Program-made: the position numbers and the translations under genes
The notes under the pieces: model-generated
Database searches by the model: none
Seen by the model: only the letters and a program-made list of their open reading frames with translations
What the model was told of the DNA's origin: nothing
Shown here: positions 51,600 through 64,000 of the stretch, one piece after another
How the letters are laid out: every line of letters starts with the position of its first letter
How positions within the stretch are numbered: the first letter of the stretch is position 1
Source: Welwitschia mirabilis
Taxonomy: Eukaryota
Length of the DNA: 64,000 nucleotides
Reading direction: 5' to 3'
NCBI GenBank assembly: GCA_051453625.1
Contig: JBOZIK010000001.1
Coordinates: 45,846,160-45,910,159 of the forward strand

Positions 51600-54223
51600 A
51601 TAATATTATGAGGGGATTCATTTATCAAAATTTAGAGTCATATTATCATTAGATTTTGGAAAGGTTCTTGTAGACCTCTATCTTATAAATTTTAAATATT
51701 GAGTAACAAAATTAGGATGACCTCAATCACTAAATCTGTACAAGAGGTGTAATTTGGAGATAATTTTTAAATTTTGTAGGAGTTTACAATAAACAAAGGA
51801 AGAAGAACTATTAGAAATAATGGTGATAACATGAAAGTATTAGTTTCTCAAGAATATATCAACAAAATACTAGGTCTATCAAGTGAGGAAACATCTATAG
51901 AATAAACAAGTAAAAGAAATGATACCAAACATGGCATCAAGTTATTATGTATAGTGATAATGAAAGAAAGGATCCCAATTGAAAAAAATTATAATTATAA
52001 ATATGTTTTATTTTGAAAATAGTAATCAATAATTTGATGATAATATTAAATAAATAGAAAGAATTAACATTGCAAAAACTCTACATGTTTAAATCCATTA
52101 AAAAAATAGCAAAATGAAAGAATATAAATAGTGCTAAAGGAATTTTTGGGGGCTTATGAGATAAGTTACTAAAATGAGAAAGGTAGGAGCTAGGAAATTG
52201 TAAGTTTAGGATATTCCTCAATAATTATGAGAATTATAAATGATAAGGGAGTGGACATAAGAGTGAATAAATCCCATGTAAAATTAATAGTTCAATCCTT
52301 ATTTAGAGTCAAATAATTAAGAGTTATTAAATCTAAATCAAAAGGGAATTCTGAGAAAGAGGAACGTAGCAGTTCATATACTCCAACCAATATAGAAACA
52401 AAGACATCTAAAATGGAAGAACTTAGTACAATCCATTTTTCTATATAGCAATTATTAAAGATGTATTTTCAAATAAGCTCATTTTTCAAAGACTTGCAAA
52501 ATAATAAAATTAATAGCATTACCATTTCTATAAATTCATTCACGAAAGAAATGTAGACCTCCATCAAATGGAGGAAGGAATCTTCTATTTTGCAGAGTTA
52601 GAATTCATTGTTATATATAAGAAATAAATCTTTAAGGAAATAACTAGATCATGGAATTGAAATACAAGATTGAGAGAAAGATAATAGAAATTTACTATTT
52701 AAAAATTTATAAAGGGGTTAAGAAAAATTACAAGTGGCATATGGTTGAATACCAAAATTAGAAAAAAAAATTATGGAAGAAAATAATAACCTTAACTATA
52801 GGTTAAGAAATAAACTAAAATTATTGGTCACATTATCGTAGAGCATGGTAAGTTGTAAAACATATAACCCAAATTACATCAAACAATAATAAACTTTTAT
52901 TATATTTATTCATAGTGAGAAATACCTTCCTTTGTACAAAATAATTTTCAAATAAACATTATGTTCATCTCTAATGAATCAATGAGAAATTTATGAATAT
53001 ACAAGCAAATGAAATAATTATAAACAAAATTAGATAGAGTTATTACCTTTAAATGATACTTACCAAATATTTTTAAAAGAAAACAAGGATCGTATCTAGG
53101 AAGTCATAAATCAAGATAAAGAGTTAGGCTAAAATTTATAGTAATTAGATTATTAAGATGCTAATATTTACTCAGAAAGTGAATCATACATCTTTGGGAT
53201 GCATCTTATCAAATATTAAAGAAGAAATAAAAAATTTTATAAAAATCATGAAGGAACAACAAGGGAATGTCCTCCTAAAGATGATCATTTTGAATTAACT
53301 CTTAATAATATTTTTCGAAAATGATATAAAAATTAGAATAGCATCACAACATGAAAAATTAATAATTAGGAATAATGATAGAGTAATCATTTTATCATAC
53401 AATGAATGTTATTAGGATGATCTATGTAGAATTGATCTAAACCAACATTCAAAATTTAGAAAAGAAAAATATGTGATTATTACATGAAAATCACATAATG
53501 GAAGCTCAATTGAGCAAAAGAGTAGTATTTAAATATGAGGAACTAAGGATCCACATTAGTTTATAATATTATTCATATAAATTATATGATTTTATTAATA
53601 TATTTCAGAATGAATTACAAACTATGATATAAAAAACTTTAAAGGATAGGTTAAAAGTCAATTAACGTTTTGAAGCTTATGATGAAAATTGTAAATATTG
53701 AAAAACAAATTTGATAGAGATAAAAGGGCTTATCTACTACAGAAGTAGAAAACTTCATTGATTCCATAGCTACTTAATTTAATAAAGCTATAAAAGAGTG
53801 TATAGTGTATTTTAACTTATTTGGAATAAACTCCTCAGGATTTCCAATAACTTTGCATACTCTATGACATAATCATAACTCATGATAAGGAATGCTTTTG
53901 TTGAAAATTTTGAAAAATTTAAAACAAGTAACTTTACAAGAATCTTTATAATACCAATTAGTCAAGCCTTAAATGAAAATAGTACAAGTCAAATATCCAT
54001 CTAAGAGTAGAGGTGGGAACAAGTTAAAAAGATTCAAGAAGATCCAAATTTAGAAGAAACTAAGTCAATAGATCTAAATGATCCTATCTTTTAAGAATAG
54101 CAAAGAAAATTTATGAATACCATTAAATAAGAAAACTAATTAGACTAGTATTCCAAGCTAATAGTAGTAGAAGAAGATCTTAAGGAGAAACCTTTTATAT
54201 TTAAAAGAAGAACCAAGAAATGA
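51600..54223 (+). pseudogene. Additional sense ORF of a related Athila-like family (homologue of 36300-39393)
   Basis: KVLVDLYL...LEIIFKFCRSL...KVLVSQEYINKILGL versus VLSDPYL...LDFVYEFYKNL...KIVITQENIREMLHL; C-terminus IDLNDP...EKPFIFKRRTKK*. Confidence 0.6.
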
Positions 54224-54267
54224 GTCTAATTTGTTAAGGGACTAATAAAAACTTGATCTTGAGGAAA

Positions 54268-55319
54268 TAAATGAAGGAAAAAACATATGTATTAAAGTTG
54301 ATTTTTTTATGATGTGAGTAATAATTTTCTTACTGAAAACTAATATGTTTTTAATAATTTTATTATTAGTTAATAGTATGTGTATTCACTATTGAAATTA
54401 TTTTATGTACAACATGCAATGAATGACTAGAAGGTAGGAACCACTTTTTCCCATGTTGCTACTTCTAAAGAGCCAAAATAGAGACTATCAAGGAGGAACT
54501 TAAAAGAAAATAATAAACAAAAAAGGAAAAGAAATTGAGGAATCTTTGAAAATAAGAAAGAGGGTGAAAATCTTAAGCTAAGGATCAAAAAGTAAAGAAG
54601 CTCTAGAGCATTCCAAATGGAGTAGTAGGTGTCTTCTAAGATCCAATGTCATCTAAAAAGGGGAAAATTCTCATTAGTAAATTCTATAATAATTTTGCAT
54701 TTTTACATCAAGATAAGGTATAAGCTGAAATACTATTTATTCATAATGATATGACATGCTAAAAATTACTTTAAGTAGTGATACTACTTGAAAAAGTAGT
54801 ATTTTCACTTTTTTTCTTCTATATTTATATTTGGATAGATGCTTAGGATATAATACTTAGAAATAGGTACTATCTAGCTTTATTTTATTCATATTTTTTG
54901 TAATATTCCCACACTGTATTCTATGCATATAACTAAAAACATGCTACACTATTTTAAGAACTAGTCTTTATAGGACTTGTAAAAACACTAATCTTTCATT
55001 AAAGTAATTAATAAGCAAGTTCAGAATCAAACTATCCAAGTTGATCATTTTTAAGAAGTAATCTTGGAAATAGAATTTAAACTAAGGTCATTGAGGATTT
55101 GACCATATTATTTATTTCTTTAATTAAACTTTCATTTTTTATTAATGATTTAAACTTAATTTAGATTAAGAGTTACATAGTTTTATAGATGTTTCATCAC
55201 AATTTATACTATTTATTCATTGGTTTTCTAATAATATTCTTTTATCATGTACATTTTGCATATATTTCTACTTTCCAAAATAGAAATATAATTTTATCAT
55301 CAATACATAAGTCTTATCA
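54268..55319 (+). repeat. 3' LTR of a family-C-related Athila-like element
   Basis: Preceded by a PPT-type motif GGGACTAATAAAAACTTGATCTTGAGGAAA. The 3' part (TTAATGATTTAAACTTAATTTAGATTAA...CATAAGTCTTATCA) resembles family C LTR ends. Confidence 0.6.
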
Positions 55320-57984
55320 ATACCAAAGTGACTTGTTATGTCTTCTTGATTCTTTTACATTACTACATTTGTTCTCATAAACCTATTAGTCTACGTAACA
55401 TGTTATCTTTTAGTAGACAATTATCCTAGATATGATAAATAATGGAACATCTACATTAAATTGGATTTTAAAAAGCATGCCAAACGGTTTTGAAGTCTTC
55501 ATCCTCTACATAAATATCTTTTAAATGAAAAAATTCATGAATAATAATTGAACTTCAACTAAGTATACAGGTAGTTCTGCTAAATAAATCTGCACTTGAT
55601 TTGTTGATTCTTTTTATATTTTGTGATAAATTAAATTCTTATAATTTCTCTACTTGTTTTGATTTTTAAAAGTTAATTTATCTTGTAATCAAGGTATTAT
55701 AGAGATTTATGATCGATGAATAAGATATATCCCTTAATAAAAAGGTAATGTCCTCAATATTTTAATGCTTGCAGATGAGATAAAGTTCTTTTTTATATGT
55801 AAATTATTTTTTTTCTTAGCTTTTTTTATTTCTCAATAAATTTATTTTTTATATTTAGAGCATTTGTTAATCTAGATAGGATAACTAGTCATTCATAGAG
55901 GTTATCATGTGTTTTAAAGGTAGCTTTTCACTCATCTTCCCTTCTTATGTATATTTAACAATATCCACTTTTTATATCAATCTTACTGAACCAAGATAAT
56001 CCTACTAAGTTATGTAAGATAGTATCCATTATTGGCATTTAAATTATTACCCAATAATAATTTTATTAATAGGTCTTAAATCCACATACATGCTCATTTC
56101 TCGATTGTCTTTTTTTTACTATAAAAATCACGTGTATATCACATGAAAAAAATGCCTTTAAAAATGAGTTCTCTTTTAAATGTTCTTAAACCTTCATTTG
56201 TACTATTTCTTCTTATTTGATGTCATCAAATAAGTATCTTTATTGGGAAGTATAACTTTCATAATAATACCTACTTGCTATTCTATGGATCTTTTATAAG
56301 ATAATACAATAGGATTTTATTCCACTAAACTATGTACAAATTATTATTTTGATTGTTCAACTTCTACAATCTCTTTTTGCACAACTTTTTTGTTTTCTTG
56401 TGTCAGTCTTATTACAATTCCCAATGCAAACCTATATTCATTTGATTCATGAGAAACTTTTTAGTTAAATAGAAAATGCCTAATAAATGATTGTTTACTT
56501 TTTCTTTAAATGTTTTTAATATAAACTATTTACACAATTTAATAAGAAAATAGGTGTATTCAATTTTATCATGCTTGCTTTATAAATCAAATTGCTAAGA
56601 TCCTTTAAGTAAGATATGGCATGCATCTGTGAGTAATACATCATGATAAGTATCCAATTTGAAACTTATTAAACATTATTTGTTTACTCTTACATGATAG
56701 CCCTTTTGAAGCCATGTTATCTTATATGCTTTAGGATTTCATCTTACTCTAAAATTTGGATTTCTCATCATTTTATGAAAATAGAATTATAAGATCTTCC
56801 TATATCTATAATAACTTTATAAACCTTGTTCTTCTACTTGCATCTTGTTTTGAAGAGCTTTCTCCTTTCAGATAATTCTTGTTGCTTATTTTTATTTTGG
56901 TATTAATATTATTTTACTAAGAACTTATTATTCTCTTTTACTTTTGTAACTTTTCCTTATGTTTCTATTGTTTTGTTATCTTTACCTTATTAAAACATTA
57001 CAATTCTAGAGGTTCCTTTTTATTTTATGTTGATAACCAAGGGATCTCTATCTGCTTTATCTATAAATGAAGCAAATGGAAGTTTTTTCTCTACTTTTGC
57101 CTCCTCCTCTTATTATTCCTTCCTTTTAAAAATGAAGATTCTTCTTAGGCCCTTCAATTTCTTTTTTGTTAATTTGTTGGTTCTTCTATGCCTCTACCTT
57201 TTACATATCTTGTACTTCTTATTTTACTTTTGTGTTTGCTTTTTTATTTTTGTTTTACATTTGAATCATATAGATAGACTTCCTCTAAAGCTTTGAAAGT
57301 GCATATATCCAATTACTATAAGATAGAGAACTTAACCCATTAATGAATCATGTAATCTCTTCTTTCATAATTCTAATGTAGTTATCATGGATAGTACATT
57401 AATGAAATGCTTCTATAAATTCTTTTGTAACCTTCCATTTTTTCTTTCAAACTATGCATCCTTCTAATTCCATAAATATCTAAACTAAAAAGATTATTCT
57501 TTATCTTTGTCTTTATGTTTTTCTAATATTGAATTAGATACCTAATAATGTGATTTTTCTATTTTCTTTCTTGTTAAATGACTACTATTCCTTTTATTTT
57601 TCTTTTTTACATGAAACTTTACTTATTTCCTCCACACGTTCTCTCTCAAAATGCTTTTCTATATGTTTAATCTAGTATAAACATTAATTATGTTTCATAC
57701 TTCCATCATAAAATGGTACCTCCACAGGTTTTTCTACTTATTCATTTCAAGGATTTTATCATCTTTTATTGTTTCATTTAAAAACTTTTAAACAATCTTC
57801 TTATAGGCTCTTTTATTTTCTACTCTTCATTACTTATGTCTTCCCAATTTTCCTAATATTTCTTAGATTCCCAAATATCTTTAGAAGTTCTAGATTTGTC
57901 TTTTGTTTTTTTCTCTTCATTAAGACCAACATAACCTCATTCTTCTATTCTTGTATTCCCATTTTTTATCCAAATTGGTGACAG

Positions 57985-58148
57985 TGATCCTCTTAGATGT
58001 TATATCTTAGTTTCCATTGCCTTCTCTTGTGCGTTTTTCTCAAAAAAACATTATAACACCAAATTGATGAAAATGATCCTCTTAGATGCCATTTTTTAGT
58101 TTCCATTACCTCCTCTTATGCCTTTTCCTCAAAAAGCATTATAACACC
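57985..58148. repeat. Two-copy ~90-bp tandem duplication spanning the CRM gag start
   Basis: TGATCCTCTTAGATG...TAGTTTCCATT.CCT.CTCTT.TG...CATTATAACACCA occurs twice. Confidence 0.8.
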
Positions 58149-58208
58149 ACCATAAATTCTTATATCCCTACTCTCTTATAACTTCTTATAATAATCTTGG
58201 AATTTTAA

Positions 58209-58225
58209 CCTTGGATCTAATGCCA
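58209..58225 (-). other. PBS (tRNA-iMet type)
   Basis: Minus strand TGGCATTAGATCCAAGG versus canonical TGGTATCAGAGCC. Confidence 0.65.
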
Positions 58226-59413
58226 ATGTAATGTAGAGTGTAGTAAGAAATGAGATAAAACTAGCAAAACAAAGAAGAAATAAATTGTATTATATTCCTA
58301 ATGTATAATTCCCAATGTGTAATTTGTAATTTGTGATATACTAAACAATTATTCATGACAAATCTTAGAACTTTAAAAAAAATGGCTTTAGAAGAAGAGA
58401 ATGAACTTTTTTAGAGAATATTTTGAAGGGATCTAAATATATAAATTAAAGAAATAATAATTTCCTCCATATTTTGTTCTTATTTTCTTTTGTCTTATTG
58501 CTGGTATTTAGAAGTTCTTATCCTTTTTAAAATTTTAATACAATTTTTTTTCCTTTTAACTTTTCATTTGCTCCTACATTACTAATATTTTCAAAAATAT
58601 CAAAATATTATTATAGATGTAATGCATAACATTGAGAAAAAAATGTATATATGGGAAATATGCCCTATATTTATCTTCCTTGAGTTGTATTTTCTTTTTT
58701 TAAAATAAAATATAACTTTTTATTAATCTAAAAGATCAAATAGCATATCAAAATAAAATGGCATCCATCAAGAAGGATGGAGGAAGGGGAGTAACTAAAG
58801 AAGATTTAGCATTAAAGGCTTTCCATAACAGGTAAGGTAAAAAAATATTTTGGTTAATCCTATAAATTTAAATCAAGATTATTAATGATCTTGTTATATT
58901 TAAATTTAGTGTAATGATCCAAAGTCATTTAAATAAACCTTCATTAGTAAAATATAATCCATGATATAAAATTATTAGTAGAAAAATGGACAGGAAAAGA
59001 GTTGAAAAATACACAGTAATTGGGCATTGAAGAAAATCATGCTTTATTCATTATTGATAAAACAACACCTTCCCATGTCAAACAAAAGGCTTTGAGAGTG
59101 TACTGACTAATTCATACTACCTTTAAGGTCCAGTCTATGGGATCGCTAGGGGACCAAGCTAGCCTGTTAAGGACTCATTATACTTGTATGACTCACATGC
59201 ATGCCCTTCACTTCTTCTTTACCCTTGTTTTAATAATAGTAAAAGGTTATCATGATGCTTCATAACAACATAACATTTCATAAATGAGTATAATTAGTTT
59301 TACAAGGATCATATTCCTTAAATGTAAATTTACATTATTAAGAAACACAATAGCTAACATTAATAATAATGAACATGGGATATTATTTTTTTCAAAGGTA
59401 AAGGAATTGTAAT

Positions 59414-60764
59414 AGACGTTCCCCTTTAAGATTAATATTCACCCTTGAAATACTACTCTTTAGGAGAAGTTTCCTACACAATTGGTTATCCTTCTTCATA
59501 TTATTCATCCTCATTATGCTCCTTGCAATATTAGAAAAGAAAATTAAAATTTATCTTCATTAGCAAATATTTTTGGATAAGTTTTTCATATAAATTTGTG
59601 ATTTTTTAAATTGTGGTGGTCACAATGAGACCCTTTACTTAATGCTTCTTGATTTCTCTTAATTTATTTTCTCTCATGTCTTTAATTCTAATAGGTTCAA
59701 TAGTAAAGATGAGATTAGCTCTTACTAGAATATTTGTTTAATTGATTGTTAGTTATTAAACTTTTCTAAATAATATGATTTAAGCATGCTAATATAAAAG
59801 AGGGGATGTAATCAAGATCATTTAGTAGGAGGTTGAGTTTGTAAGCTAATTTACCAATTCTTTGTGTAATAAAAAAAGATCCATAAAATTGAGAAATCAA
59901 CTTGCCATATTTTTCCAACTCTAGAAATGTTATTTATGAATTGACTCTTAGTAAAACTTAATCATTAATTTAGAAGATTCAAGGGGAATGTTTTTGATTT
60001 AATTACTTCTTATATCTATCTTAAGCACCTTGTAGTTCCTTTTGGATATTTTTGACAATTCTATTCATATTTTGAATTTCTTATTATTATTCTATTTTTC
60101 TCTAGATAGGATCTATCCAAATGATTAGGGTTTCATAGTTATTGTCATACATAGCTTTAAAGGAAGTGAATTTAATGGAGGAGTGGTACCCTTGATTATA
60201 AGTAAATTTTGCCCAATGGAGGTAATCTTCCTACCTAGTGGATTTGATTAGGACTTTACTTCTTAGTATGTCTTCCAATATAAGATTTACTCATTTGGTT
60301 TATCCATTAAACTTAGGGCCAAAGATAACGCTAAAGAATACTTGTGTCCATAACTACTTGAAAAATTCTTACCAAAAGTTCAATATAATTTTGAATCATA
60401 GTCAAAGATAATAATTTTTTGTACATTGCATAATTTAAATATCTCTTTTATGAATTGTCCTATAATTTCTTCTAATATTATCATAGTCTTAGTTGTAATG
60501 AAGTAAGCAATCTTTGTTAACCTATTAACACATACAAATATTACATTATGTTATCTACTTACAGTAGGTAATCTTATAATGAAGTCCATTGTGATCTCTT
60601 CCCATTTTCATGATGGTACTGATTTTAAAATCCTATTAGGTTTGCTATTCCACTTGATCTTATGATAAATTAGATTACTTATGATGAACTCCCTTTTTTA
60701 TTTTTTTCATTCCCAATCAATGATATTGTCATTGTAAGGTGGTGTAATTTTTTGCAAACTCAAG
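59414..60764 (-). pseudogene. Tekay-like chromovirus integrase (core, GPF motif, chromodomain region) and PPT
   Basis: VPS*KWEEITMDFIIRLP...VNRLTKIAYF; KLISQFYGSFFITQRIGKLAYKLNL; PPT TTAAAGGGGAA at ~59419-59429 (minus) with a decayed LTR start at ~59414. Confidence 0.85.
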
Positions 60765-63668
60765 TGTTCATGTATAGTAGAGAAGTTAAACTTAGTATCA
60801 CTCTTACACAAGGATGTATATGTGTGATAGATTTACAAAAGAAACACACTTAATGCAACTTGCAGTGAAAAGGAAGACAAAACAAAAATTAAAAAATTAA
60901 GAATTTCGTAATATTTGCTTAGAAATGTAAGGGAATGAAAGTGATTCAAAGGCCTAGCTAATTCATCCAATAACACCTTCACTCTAGTAACTTTGACATT
61001 CTTGAAACATCACTAAAGTAATAAACTTATTAGAGCTCATGTGTGAAGGCATAATCTCTTTCATCATATAAGTGTTAATGAATTATTCAGTCCCTTTTAT
61101 CCTTCATAGCTCTTTATAAGCATGGAAAGTATGAACAAATGTGCATAAGATCCATTAAACAATATCAACTACAATATCATAAAAGTAATCTTAAACAACT
61201 CACTTAGTTATAAAAGAACTTGATAATAAAGTAATTTCACCTAAATATTACTAATACTAAATTAAAATGTATTAAAAATAAAATAATAAAGGATACTTAA
61301 GAAATAGTTTCACTTAAATATTACTAATAAGAAATGAATCATGCATTAATAATCAAGGGATAAAAACCTAATTCTTGTATTAAAATCTGAAAATAAACAT
61401 TAAAATAGAAAAGATAGGTGAAGTGTGTGGACCTCTCAATAGCCTTGGAATAATCTGCCCTAAGTAAAATGGTTAGAACACCATGATGTCTAGTACTTTA
61501 AGCCTTTCTCCATGTTATCTAATCAAAACAATTAATTACAATGAGGTATTAAGGCCCTTTTATAGATAAGAAAAGGCTTGGAGAGTCTATCATGATGTAT
61601 TAAATGAATGTGCAATAAGAAGGGTTACAGTAGGATGGTTACTTAAGGAGGAGGTTACAATTTTTGGCATGTAGCTTTAAAGGAGGATTCTTTATCTTCT
61701 AATGTAAGAAAGATGATGGAATTTACTTTGAATGATGATGATGCTATTAATGAATGCCATTTCATGTGTCTTTTACATGATCATCCTTGTTATTGTCATA
61801 TGTCACTATGATGCATCATCTTACATTTCTACCATGTATCATCAGATTTGAAGATTTATTTTGGATCAACTTATAACTTAGCCCAAAGTATAAAATGATA
61901 AACTCCCTAAACAAGTGCCTAAACATGAGTTCTAAGTGACTTTGCCTTAGAAAACCAGTGGCACCAATGGACTTTTTGGATGACAATGCTAGTGTTTTAT
62001 CCTAGAATAACCTCAGTTTATGAGATGTCTTTAAAAATATAGCATTAAACCTAAAAATTGTAACAAAGTTTATAATTACATGAAACCTAATAAAAATGCC
62101 AAAATGCATCACTTTATAATAAACTGATGAATTGAATGTCTTTCTCAATATAAAATTAATCAATTCTACTTATTTGTATTGTCAATTTCTGCATGTAAAC
62201 ACAATAAAAGCTTGTTTATGTATAGAAATGAACTGAATTTAATTAAGTTAGAACTCAGTATGATTATTTCACAGGGATATTATGTTTTATCTTTACAAAA
62301 GAAACATAATTAATTCAACTTATAATGAAAAGCTAAATAAAATAAAAACCAAAATTTTGAAACTTTCTGGTAATCTTTGGTTGGTGACATAAGGGAATTA
62401 AAGTGCTTAAAATATCTTGCAAATTCATCCAATGCTTCATCTTTACTCTAATAACTCTTATATTTCTAAAACATAACTAAAATCGTTAAGTCATTAAGGA
62501 TCGGATATGAAATCATAATCTCATCCATCACATGAGTGTTGATGAGTTATTTAGTCCCTTTGATGCTTTGTACCCATTCATAAGCATGAAAAGTATGAAT
62601 GAATGCGTATAAGATCCATCAAATGATAGTGACCACAATATCATAAAAGTAACCTCAAAAAACGTACTTGATAATAAAAGAACTTTACAACTAATTAGTT
62701 TCACCTAAAGATTACTAATACTAAATTAATATGCATTAACAATCAAAGTATGAAAGTTATGTAAGAGCTAGCATCATCTAAATATTGCTAATTCCAAATT
62801 AATTATGCATTAATAATAAAATAATGAAAAGCTAATTCTTATATTAATACTAAAAATAAATACATTACATAATTAAAGAAAGGTGAAGTAAAATGAACTT
62901 CTCAACAAGCCTTGGGATGATCCACCCCCAAGAAAATGATTAGAACACCATGAAATCCTATAGCTCCAAGTTTTACCCCACATTAGCCAACCAAAAGATC
63001 CATTACAATGGGGTATTAAGGCATTTTTGTATATAAGGAAAGGCTTGAAGAGCTTTGTCATAATGTTTTTGGTGGATAGTTACATAAGAAAGGTTATATT
63101 AGAGTAGTTACTTAAGGAGCAAGTTACAATTTTTGACATGTAGCCTTAAAGGAGGATCCTTTATCTTCTAATGAAAGTAAGATAGTGATATGTCCTTTGA
63201 ATTATGATGACACTGATAATGAATTTTATGTCATGTGTTTTTCATGTGATCATCCTTTTTACCATTACATGTTGCTATGATATGTCATCTTACACTATCA
63301 CCATCTATCAAGAGATTTGGAGATTTATTCTAGATGAACTTCTAAATTAGGTAATAGGTGTAAAATGATGAAGTCCCTAAATAGGTGTAAGAACGTGAGT
63401 TTTAAAGGACTTTACCTTAGAAGACTAATGATGCTAGTGAACCTAGATGAAAACACCGATGTTTTACCTTAAAATAACTTAAATTTATGAAATTTCTTTA
63501 AAAAGATGGCGTTAAACCTAAAAATGTTATAATGAAGTTCATAATTATATGAAACTTAATAAAAAAGAGAAAAAAATATTTTATGGTAAACCAATGAATT
63601 TAATATCTTTTTCTATACAAAATTAATGTATTATACTTATTTTTAATGTTAATTTTTACATGTAAACA
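60765..63668 (-). mobile_element. Two head-to-tail LTRs (60765-62201, 62213-63668) with an 11-bp spacer, inserted in the Tekay integrase
   Basis: Colinear ~1.45-kb copies with TGTTYA...TAAACA ends, spacer CAATAAAAGCT, flanks TCAAG / CCAGG. Confidence 0.8.
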
Positions 63669-64000
63669 CCAGGATGATCTACATATAAAACTTCATGAGC
63701 TTCTCGCAAAAGTTATTAATGCCATGGTTCTTATGAAATACAAACTCTTTTATTCTTGATTAATAAATTATTTAAAGTTAAATAAGAAGATTTAACTTCT
63801 TATTTCTATGGTATTTTTCTTTAAATTTCCTTAAATAATTGATGTTGTAGTAGTTATGCCTTGATTTTCCTCACTATTTCTGAGTTATCTATGCATACCA
63901 TCATACACCACATTTAACTAAGTGAATTAGCTACTTTATTTTCTCTTCTAGGTGTGTATTTCAAATTGAAATTATATTATACTAAGAGTTCCATTCATCA
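63669..64000 (-). pseudogene. Tekay-like RNase H end and integrase zinc-finger start (upstream part of 59414-60764)
   Basis: Minus-strand YNFNLKYTPRRENKVANSLS and KRVCIS...LLREAHEVLYVDHPG. Confidence 0.8.

Larger units (their letters stand above)
55330..58583 (-). mobile_element. CRM-like (chromovirus) Ty3/gypsy remnant: 5' LTR, PBS, gag, PR, RT
   Basis: gag VEVPFYDGSM...IEKHFE (~57640-57730); RT MYVDLRPINK...WFSKIDIKSGY...EDE*KATFKT..LYE*LV (~55860-56110); tRNA-Met PBS; LTR ~58227-58583 with TGTAATGTAG/CTACATTAC ends. Confidence 0.8.

Noticed and set aside
60740-60764. TGGTGT as the LTR terminus matching ACACCA at 63666-63671
   Set aside because: These bases translate as integrase (HPG-FAKNYTTL). 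The better boundaries are 60765 and 63668, with a decayed TSD.

Overview
Eukaryotic, almost certainly land-plant, heterochromatin-type DNA. It is very AT-rich, nearly devoid of CpG and interrupted by many N gaps. I find no intact host gene, tRNA/rRNA gene or CRISPR array. The window is a nest of decayed retroelements: several Athila-like (non-chromovirus Ty3/gypsy) families, a CRM-like and a Tekay-like chromovirus, L1-type LINEs, a LINE with a CR1/L2-style ORF1, and a probable hAT relic. All carry heavy C>T/G>A decay. The main structure is a 21.7-kb three-LTR tandem Athila-like array (26881-48597) bounded by one ATTAC target-site duplication. Its 3' accessory region holds a putative multi-stem/pseudoknotted RNA shared with another family, one or two conserved antisense ORFs, a palindromic repeat-spacer array and a ~3-kb extra sense ORF. 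A second oddity is a two-LTR unit with only 11 bp of internal sequence, inserted in an integrase HPG codon (60765-63668). Translations and alignments were done by eye, so coordinates of degenerate ORFs are approximate.
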